64,000 nt of DNA, from assembly GCA_973851085.1 (NCBI GenBank), contig OZ316776.1, positions 1,736,001 to 1,800,000 on the forward strand, read 5' to 3'. This document shows positions 54,801 through 64,000 of the stretch, piece by piece. Numbering within the stretch: position 1 is the first letter of the stretch; the number at the start of each line of letters is the position of its first letter. The DNA comes from Ptychomitrium polyphyllum. Taxonomy: Eukaryota. The translations under genes were made by a program, and so were the position numbers. The notes under the pieces were generated by a model. That model did not search any database. It saw only the letters and a list, made by a program, of their open reading frames with translations, and was not told the origin of the DNA.

Positions 54801-54971
54801 ACATAATCTGAAAGGCACCAGACCACTCTCCACCGCAACAGTTACAAAACCCAAACAACAAACGACCACCTTTAGCTTACATGGACTCGCAGCGGCCCCG
54901 GTAACAACCTGCGGAGCCGGAAACACAGAGCCTACACACCAGGGCGCCCCTCCGCCCTGCCATGGCTCCAT
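48881..54971 (-). CDS. TAF1C: TAF1C/Rrn6-like RNA polymerase I TBP-associated factor (At3g18310-like)
   Basis: ATG at 54971. Exons include ILGNRLQL, AWNQHVPGEAAVILETG, WWQCEYAWHPKTLLV, LILFDTRQPQTPLLQ/W, IYAWGLPS, GFSLMQLTGEGDIFAQHF. The last exon (49003-48881) reads LRDQFRQWQQTFVPYQKFC...*. These match recalled plant TAF1C motifs; not every junction was resolved. Confidence 0.8.
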
Positions 54972-55248
54972 CCTCCCTGCGACTCCTACGAGGCGATCCG
55001 ACTCCTCACATACCGGACATCATCGCCTTCCAAGTTCACAACACCAAGCCCATCTGCTTCCACCCTGACCCCACACAACACCAGAAACTTGCCACGTGTT
55101 CATTTCAACGAATGATTACGCAACAGCGCAAGGGTTGAACATCAGAGCACCATCGCCTCTTCTTCCTGCGACGTCGAAGGGCGGAATCGCCATCGCCATA
55201 GCTCCGTCGTGGTCATGATAGAGCTTCAACCGTGGTGCACTCTCTCTT

Positions 55249-55264
55249 AAACCCTAAACCCTAA
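55249..55264. promoter_or_regulatory. Tandem telo-box (AAACCCTAAACCCTAA) upstream of the TAF1C-like gene
   Basis: Two overlapping AAACCCTA motifs about 280 bp upstream of the ATG. Telo-boxes are typical of plant translation and ribosome-biogenesis gene promoters. Confidence 0.7.
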
Positions 55265-56910
55265 CACACTCCGTTAGTCTGCCGTGGGAACGGGGCCACC
55301 GTTTCAGCCTCTTAAAATTATTCTTCCCGTGTGTAGATTCATGGCAGAAGCTGCGTAGATTTGGACACTGCTCTCATCACTCGTAGACTGATGAAGGAAG
55401 TGGCGTAGATGTAGGTTTCGTTCTAGCCCTTTGTAGACTCGCGGCAGGGCTCGCGTAGATGTAGATGTTCTCCAACCTCTACTAGCTAATTTCTAATTCA
55501 TTAATCTGATTGAGTGGTTTATTTTTCCAAATCCATTTTCAAACTAATATTTCCCTTTTACGCCATATTAGATCAAGTTTTCTCAAACTCATTTTGAAAC
55601 ATGTTCAACGTTTATCAATCAGTTTAGACATATACTTATTCATTCTAAAACTTGGTTATTAGATAAAATATAATAATTTAAAAAAAAAATTGAGATTTCA
55701 GTTTGGACATTTTTGGGTTAAATTTTATGAAAAAAACCGCTGTTCATAAGTCTCGTTTAAGTATGTAGTACAAAATGTATCTTATGGTTTTGGAAAGCAT
55801 TTTTGTTCCTTTGTTTATCCATCCATACTTGTGAATTTGTTTTTCTTATCATTTTTAAAAATTAACAATTGTATGAAAACTTGCCTCATATGTTATCACA
55901 TCTTCAATGTAACAATACTTATTTAGTGAAGATATAAGAACAACCGTCGTATACCACAATGCACTACTCCCATCACTATTACTAATCCTATTATTATCAT
56001 TATTAGGCTACACGTGCATGGCCTAATCGTAAACGCGCCTGCCTTAACCGTAAACGAGCCTGGCCAAATCTTAAAGTGCATGGATTAATCCTAACGTTCA
56101 CACATGCATGGCCGATCGCGCTGAAAACAAGCGTGTCTGCGCAGTCCGGGTGCAATGCCGCTCAGAAAACATGCGACAGTCCGGGTTGCTGCAGATGGCC
56201 ACACTAGACAAACCTGCGCTGGTGGGTACTTTGGGCACTCGGAAGTTTCCGTTCTAGACAAGACGGTGACGGCGTGCGAGTATTCCATGCTGCAGCCGTT
56301 TCACAAGGATGTGTGGTTCCGGACCAATTTACTTTTTTCATGGTGTGCTCGGCGAGGTTGCGTGCTTTGACATTGGGCTGCTCGGGGTGAAGGAACTTGC
56401 GATTATGGTGGCAGCGGGGCATTGCGCTCTATTCGTTTGCGACCGAGTTGTTGGCAAGTGCCATGTCGTTGTGTAGTTACCTGACGTTGCTGTCCGCGTT
56501 CGGTATGGTGTTTGAGCATCTTGCGTGCAAGGAGGGTGTTTTAGATTGGGGAAATACTGCATCTGACAGTGCGGCAAGGGTTGAAAAGAACGGGTTGGCG
56601 GTGGCGGCCGGTGTGGGCTCAGGTATGTAGATACCTGTCGTTGTTCTTGCCATCTTTTTGTCCAGCGGGCACTTGATGGTGTATGTGTATTCACAGCCGG
56701 CATGACATATTGAACAGTTCCCGTGTATCTAAATTGGTTCCCAATATTGGACATTCAAGTATATTTGTACAAAATTCAGCCCAATATGAAATGCTTCTTA
56801 ACGAACGCAAGAACAAAAATGATATTAAGAAGTTGCCTGAAATCAAGTCTAGAATATGTACACAAAACCCAGGACAAGGTACCATAACTAGGGCATTTCA
56901 TATAACTGCA

Positions 56911-57990
56911 TCAGCAACTGTTGGCATTTCCCTGCCAAAGCAGAGAGCCATCGCAATTGCACAACTGTGGATTCAGACTACTGGGTCGTGCACTTCGGGC
57001 TATCACCGCTGCCGCCACTCTAATATTCCCTTTCCCTTTAGAGTTAACACCATACAACACTACGGAGCGATCTATAATGTCCGCTACAATGAGCCTGTCG
57101 TTTGTTGCAGTGTTTTGGACATGACCATTGCTGTCTACCAGCAGCGACCCTAAGTTGCCCAACTGCTCGTTCCTCCCCTGCTCCTGTTGCAGAAATCCAA
57201 AACTTCCATCAATACAACTACACTTTTCTGATACCCTGAACATGCTCGCAGTGCAATGAAAAGAAACTAAAAATTAAAAACAGATGCAGAGGAACAAAGT
57301 ACTTCTAAACCTACTGTAGGCCATGGCTGCACAGTATTTGCGTAGTATAGGGCTGTTCGGACACTACGATCCTTCAACAGAATTTTGTAACAATTTCGTG
57401 TGATGTGGAGGTTAGAAGAGAATGAGATTCGAAACCACGAAGTACAGATTGCAAACATAGAAAGACTTACAGAAACCGAGGAGTTTGGCGATGGAGGGAA
57501 GGTCTATTCTTGGCCGGTTCTCAAAGGACCTCGGGTGAGGTCTCCAAATCCAGCCATGCAAACCAGGAGCTAAGCCATCAATAACAACTTCGATACTGCA
57601 TTCTTGTTGTCCACTGCTCTCTTGGGCAAACCGCACCACTCCGTGCACCTCAGGGCCTTTGAATTCCGCAACTGCCACTGTCATCGGCAGGCCTGCGACA
57701 ACGATGCCGCCAATACCAAATTATACAATTCATTACGAACTTAAATTTCAGTTGATGTGAGGTGTGACCTAGTCTTTAGAAGGACTCAATTTGCAAGTAT
57801 TGACATGCAGTATGCACATGGTGATCCAGGAACATTGGCAAATTAGATCAGTGAGTAGATTGTACAAGCTGTAGAACTGTTTAATTGCTTCGCAGCAACA
57901 ACAGGCTCCATGTACTTGGTAGGTTGAGTGGCGCCCAAGACCTCTAGAATCCGAAGGTTTGGGAGCTTCGTGAAGCTTTCGACATTCTCT
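56911..57990 (-). pseudogene. CCS: Copper chaperone for superoxide dismutase (CCS) pseudogene
   Basis: AVAEFKGPEVHGVVRFAQ...IDGLAPGLHGW is followed by a frameshifting deletion before FGDLTRG (~57548). Then LGNLGSL...IVADIIDRSVVLY...AAAVIARSA...LCNCDGSLLW (domain III CxC). Only a decayed HMA-like remnant is seen at ~57880-57990, with no MxCxxC. Confidence 0.88.
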
Positions 57991-58592
57991 GTTGCAGGGC
58001 GATCAATACTTCGTCAGATCAATCGCAGCCTTAGAGATCGTGTGAGCATGTTTTTGGTTTCTTACTGAATGTAGCAATTGGTGGCTAATGTGGTGTTCTT
58101 TCCGGTAGCCGCATTTTTCATGTCTCTCATCGCCGAAACTTTCTGGAACTGGGAAGAGGACGGCCTGTTGCTCTCTTTACAGATTTTTTCCTATGTAAGG
58201 ACACACCGTCATACATCAAGATTCATGCACTTTTAAGTTTCAATGCTCTTGTAGTTTTTCAAGAATTCCTTCCCACTAAAGCAATTGATATCACATTTGC
58301 CAACATATTAAAACGACAGCTTCTGACGATGCTAATTGCACAGAAATGAGAGAGAAAGCGAAGCATACGTGTGCAAAAAACCTGGTTAAATTCGTCAACA
58401 GTAGCTTTAGTACACAGTTTACTGGAGCTCAAAGAAGGAAAGACATTTGCTGAAGTTGCTAGAGGCATGATGCACACCCAGTTTGCACTTGCTCCAGGTC
58501 ACTTAAATCTCTACAGAGCCGCGTCACAAAGACAGGTCCAGCACTGGATGAACGAAGAGACCAACTTCAACTATTCAAACAAATGTCGTGGG

Positions 58593-58947
58593 GTACTCAG
58601 AACTTATGTTCACAGAAAGTATAAATGAACTCACGATGTTGTCATATTTTCGGGAAGAATTATGGAGGCTATAATTGGTACTACTGCGCTGGTTCTAGGT
58701 GTACTGCGGACTTACTACACCAGAGCCTGGAGTATAAGCTTATACGACATCTGTACTAGAGCTCCTGGGTAATGTACTACCCTTATCATCCCGAAACTTT
58801 TTTCAAAGTTTTGACATGAAAGCCTGTGCTGATTGGTCTCATTCCCAACTAATGCACCGAAAGTTCCAGATTCGCTAAGAATTAATTTTTGGAACCAGAT
58901 TTGGTGTTTTTGTTTCTGTAATGTGGTCGTGAAAAGAGAGTTGTACT
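58593..58947 (+). promoter_or_regulatory. Cluster of GTACT (GTAC-core, SBP/SPL-bound) copper-response motifs
   Basis: GTACT at 58593, 58678, 58701, 58753, 58774 and 58943, upstream of an Fe-SOD locus. Also AGTAC at 58409 and GTACAGTACT at 59235. Confidence 0.75.
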
Positions 58948-59145
58948 GCAGTATTACTAGTATTGTTGAAGTGTTGTCATTGTTGTGGAAATCATATGAG
59001 CATAGTTTTCAACCGGGTTTTCGGAAAGGGTTGGGCGTGTGCTCATCGTATCCCTCTTCACGCTCGCCCACCTCTAGTTTTTGCGGTGTCTACGCTGCTT
59101 TTTTGATTAACCCGAAAACTATCATCTTTGATGACGTTGATCGAG

Positions 59146-60630
59146 ATGGCAGCTGTTCCGTTGCGTTTGTAGACTGTGGACTTAAGGCCTCCTCCTTACG
59201 CTTTAGTGAGTGCAAAGCTGCATTGTAGTAGCTTGTACAGTACTCGGATATCCTGACAAATTCTACCAATGTAATTCGTCGATGTGGCTGGTGTGTGAGT
59301 GTGGAATTTAATATTGTTGGTGTTGTTACTATTGTGGCAGGATGCGTTCGAGCCGCACACGAGGAAGGAGACATTGGAGTATCATGGGGTAAGCACCATC
59401 GCGCATATGTAGACAGTCTGAAGAAGCAGATTCAGGGGACGGAGCTTGAGAGCCATTCTCTGTAAGACATTTGTCAAGGCAACGTTCAACAACGGAGAGC
59501 CCACCACTCCATTCAACAACGCTGCCCAGGTCTTGCTAATTGAGCACTAACTACTGCAACTTATCTGCAATAATTCCTTTTGAACACACTCTGAGAAGAG
59601 CGTTGTTCTTGAAAGTGACATAATGAAATGTGTTTTATACCATTAATTTAGCAGCTAAGGCGCTCTTTGGCCCTGTGGAGCCTGCTCTAACAAATTAAGT
59701 AGATGTTATGAAAAGGCAGGCATGGAACCACGAGTTTTTCTGGTTGTCAATGACGCCAAATGGAGGAAAGCAACCTGACGGAGAGTTGCTCAATCTCCTC
59801 AAACGTGATTTTGGGTCGTCTGATAATTTTGTGAAGGAGTTCAAGCAAGCTGGTACTACCCAATTTGGATCAGGGTGGGCCTGGTTAACGGTGGCTGATG
59901 GCAAGTTGATGGTGGAGAAATCTCCAAATGCTATCAACCCTCTGGTTTTTGGCCACGTTGTAAGTCGCTGCTCATTTAATTTGCTCTGCATCCCGATTTT
60001 GTAATTCATCCATCTCAGCTGCTCATGTATCGTCATGCATGTTAGTCTCCATTTACAAGTGATTGAATGGAACTGTGCAAATGTTGTTAACAGCCGATTC
60101 TGGTTGCCGACGTTTGGGAGGTACGCCCTTGTCATTCCCAGAGGACATGTAGAATTGTTATACTTAGTTATGAAATTGTATTTCACATTTGTTGTAGAGT
60201 AGCACTAAACCTTGCACTTAAGTCTTGTTATTGAATGGAGACGTAATCAGATTTTGTGCTCTAAGTGAATTGTAGTCAAATACCACCTCACTATCTCTCT
60301 ATGTTTGCTAGTCTAGCTTTGTGAATATTATGCAATCTCTAAGTTACTTGGATTTGTTGGGCTGGGAATACAGCATCCGTTGTACCTTCATTATCAGGTG
60401 AGCCATTACTTTAACAATGACTTCTGTAGTAACAGATCGATGTTTTGAGAGCAGTCGACTCCTTTTGCAGACAATAATTCTAACAGCGCGCCAGTAAATA
60501 GCAGTATTGTGATAGTGAGCCTTTGTGAATTGTGCAGAACCGACGACCTGATTACTTGACAACCATCATGAACGAGTTGGTGTCGTGGGATGCTGTGGCA
60601 AAGCGTCTACAGCTTGCCTTGCAAAAGTGA
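59146..60630 (+). pseudogene. FSD: Iron superoxide dismutase pseudogene (FSD1-type, no evident transit peptide)
   Basis: Exon 59146-59205: MAAVPLRL*TVDLRPPPYAL. Exon 59341-59529: DAFEPH...EYH(frameshift)GKHHRAYV...SL*DI(frameshift)...FNNAAQ. Exon 59720-59959: AWNHEFFW...QFGSGWAWL. Then PILVADVWE (~60094-60120), HPLYLHYQ (60374-60397) and NRRPDYL...LVSWDAVAKRL..* (60538-60630). Confidence 0.92.
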
Positions 60631-63600
60631 TTTAAGTCTACAACTAGTGTAAAGTGGTATTGGACAGTTCACCTAGTCGCATTTCAACTGTGAACAAATC
60701 AATTATTGTCTTTGTGGCACGCAGCCACACTGCAATTTACGTTTTCCTTCCAAGGATTTGTATAGAGTCGTTTTGAGTGCCCTCAATAGTCTTCCATTGA
60801 TTGTGATTCTATACAACTTTTTTAATTGTGCATCTTTGAAAAAGGACAACCTTTTTCAGTGATTTTTCAGTAGATTCAGTGTTTCAAAATTTCTCCCGAT
60901 TACTCTCAAATCTGTTCGCCATCCGAGTGAGATCAAGTTGTAGACCTGAATCACCTTACACATCCAACATCTGCAATTTTCATTCCACATGAAAGTGTCC
61001 TGCACAACCGTGACAACCGTGACTTCGAGGAGGTGGGCGCCGACTCCACCGAGGGCGAAGAGTACTAGACCATCACCACGACCACTTCGATCACTTGACA
61101 TCTTCCGTTTCTTTGAATCAACATCGATCGGCATTAACTTGAATTTGTTTGATGAACTCATTCTGTAAATTTGTGCATGGCTAGATTCGGGACTCAAGCT
61201 TCAGAGGTACACAACCTGCATAAGAATTTGACCTCTTGCCTGTGACATTTTTCAAGCTAACCTGGTAGAGACCCTTCTTTCTAGAAACATATGAATAGTT
61301 TAATCTTCTGACATGTTCCATAAAAGACATAAGAGGCAGATTTAAGTCAAGTTTTGTGCTTTCCTGTGGTTGATTGTTTCAAATCTGGATTAATTCTAAG
61401 AAAGTTGACACGAGCTGATGCTCTAAGAGCTTATGAACTGCATTTACTCCCAATCCACCTTGAGGTGAGTATTGTAGGCTAGGGAAGGAATTAGATTCAG
61501 ATTTGATTGCCGGCAATGATGCAGACTATCATTTATGCATGCTTGGATTGATAGATTTCGAATTTTTTGATCAGCCAGTTGTAGGTCATATTCATCCAGT
61601 AGTGGGGACTACCTAAGCATGCCTTAGTGAGTGATGTCGGTAGGTGATCCAGTTACACAGTTATACCAAAATTTTGTTGCAGGGATTTGTAGGTCAGGTG
61701 ATGTACTTCAGTGTAAAATCACTGGTGTGTTTGAATCAAGGGCAAGGCAGTTGACTACAACTGGGGACATTCCAAACCCTCACTTCTTGGTGCCTTGCAT
61801 TATTTGCATACTCACCAATGTTGGACCTGCCAAATTTGCTACAGTGATTGTTATCATTTTGAGAAAAGGAGTTTCCAGTACGGAATGTGGAAGACATTTC
61901 ATTAAAATTTACGATGAATTCCACCAATTCTAGGATGAAGTTGATGAGCAGGAAGTTCTGCATTAGTATTGAATGCCAACCCTCCACAACTTGCAGGGTC
62001 AACACCAACACTGATATGTGGGCAGTTCTTGGTCACAATCTTGAAGCTATTATGCGTAATCTAGTGTAGAGTACACGACAATACCAAATTGAGTCACTTC
62101 TTGTTGCGCTATGGAAAGAAAGTGGTTCAAATCAGGATGTACTCAACACTGCAACGCCTGATAGTGCTCTCCAAATCTAAAAGGCATGCTTCTTCAGACA
62201 AATTGCTGTTGAGGATGAAACAGGCCACCAAAAGCTTCTGATAAGAACCACAGGCAAATTCTTTGGCACATGGAGACGCACAAAAGACCATTCTCCAACA
62301 GCACATGTTACGAAGCATGGTAGAGGTCGGCGGATGGCCATCAGAGTGTGCTGGAGACGCTCGGAGGGTGGAAATTTCATGAGCGTGGAGCAAAGCAAAT
62401 ATAATCCATCCGTCCTATGCTCATCTCCAACGCCTAATCCAAATTCTGTTGTAATGTCTGCTCCTACCTTTTCTACAAAGTAAGTTTTGCTTTTATATAA
62501 ATTCACAACCAGAACATGTCTTCTAGTTCAGTTGGAAATGATTTACGTAGGAGTGAGAAGATAAACAAAGTTAAGGTTGGTCACATAGCTGCTAACATTC
62601 ATTATAAACATCAATAAAGTAACAGCTAGTCACATGCCACTCCATGTCTTATGTTCACTATCAATTAGCCAATAACAAACGCTTGTAATCCTGTTTGGTA
62701 TGCACCTTGAGATCCTCGTTACCTCCACAATTAATGGTTTCCAGAGGCTGTTGATGATTCTTCATGAGATAGCGTGATGTGAACAAAGTGAATCTTGGCA
62801 CAAATACCTGTAAGTGATGTTGTGAGTTCATTATCATCAAGGAACATGGAGCTCGTTTTTGTAGCAATGGCATTTGGATTGCCTTCCCTTGAAGAACAAA
62901 AGTTGTTGCCAACACTGCCTCGAAGCACACATAGTGCATTTCCAAGATCAATCCAAGAATCATTCAATGGATTACCGATAAAAAGATAAGTAAAACAACA
63001 TTTTGATGTGTCAAAGTAGGATGAAGATTTGACAAAATTAATTATTTTTAAATCAAATATCATAACTGAACCCCCTAGATATTGCAATTTGGGATAGTAT
63101 CCATAAATTTGTAAGATTGTAAAATCTAATAATTTGAATGTTTACTCTAACAAGATCATAGTCCTTCCAAATGTCACATATTAATCTTTGAATTATTTTA
63201 AGCAATGCAAGCATGGAAGAACTTGGCATGCCTATCTTTTGCAAGCAACAAAAATTCTATAGTTGGAACTTAAAGCATTGTATCTCAATCTAAAATACTA
63301 CAAGTTTTCAAAATTGCCATTTACAATGCCATATTACATTGCATCTTTTAACGGTCCTGCTTACACCATAGAACATCATACCAGCAACAATGACAATTAA
63401 TAACAACAAAGAAGGACTAGAGCCGATCATCATTCATGTGAAGTAGTTGAAATTTAGTACAACAAAGAAGAAAAGTATAAAAATGTACTTTTAGAAGTGT
63501 TGCAATCAAAAACAATGTCTTTAAGCTAAGTGCATGATTCAATGAAGAAGCAAAGTAAAGCCGGATCCTTTTGTCTTGCTCCCCTTAATAAACATCTTTA

Positions 63601-64000
63601 ATTATCAATTGCTTGTTTTTTATAGTATAGTTGTAAACAACATTGTCACTCAAGAATTTCACATCTGAATTTAATAGCACTTTGCTCTTCTAAAATTAAA
63701 ACCCCAAACTCCAAAACCAACCAAATATACATTTAGTCTTAGTTTTATACTACAAACTAAATTTCAACTATACCAACCGAACTTTAGCCATGATACTACA
63801 AAACTTGCTATAATCATCACCACATTCTTTTTGTAAAGAATACAATGCCTCCTTGACGTGACCGTCACCTTTGCTAAAAGTATTTATGCAAGGCCTAGAT
63901 CTGAAATTTTACATAGCAAAGTTGACAAACATGGCAGTGAGACAGGGGCATAACACCAAAAAGAAAAAGAAAAAAAAGGCAGTTTCAACCCAGTTGGCCA

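Noticed and set aside
54511..55068. 185-aa plus-strand ORF
   Set aside because: Antisense to the first exons of the TAF1C-like gene, with no domain.
55249..55264. Telomere-like repeat as an interstitial telomere or fusion scar
   Set aside because: Only two units, in a promoter position; a telo-box explains it better.
56091..56754. GC-richer patch with short ORFs (e.g. GTCDYGGSG, weakly X8-like)
   Set aside because: The motif is too short and the frames are broken, with no gene structure.
61985..62020. VGVDPASCGG on the minus strand, reminiscent of a viral terminase nuclease motif
   Set aside because: Isolated short match in a stop-interrupted frame, with no other viral hallmark.

Overview
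Eukaryotic plant genomic DNA with GT-AG introns. It is most likely a moss (Funariaceae, Physcomitrium-like); this is inferred from gene content and the LTR family, not proven. All protein calls come from manual translation and recalled family motifs, with no database search. Intact multi-exon genes: 3' part of an EMB2737-like gene (+, 97-2899), a DUF21/CBS (CNNM) protein (-, 8021-12390), an RLCK-VII PCRK/PBL-type kinase (-, 15002-17019), an SC35-like SR splicing factor (+, 30327-33707), a clade II serine carboxypeptidase-like gene (+, 39300-42863) and a TAF1C-like Pol I factor (-, 48881-54971). An AT-rich island (about 19.4-29.3 kb) holds a degenerate full-length Ty3/gypsy chromovirus (20734-27339) nested among solo or partial LTRs. 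Its PBS is complementary to its own LTR (Tf1-like self-priming), its LTRs carry variable arrays of heat-shock-element-like repeats, and a decayed extra ORF follows the chromodomain. Pseudogenes: a kinase fragment (about 6.7-7.3 kb), an LRR-RLK (about 43.4-44.8 kb), and a head-to-head CCS / Fe-SOD pair sharing a spacer dense in GTACT copper-response motifs.
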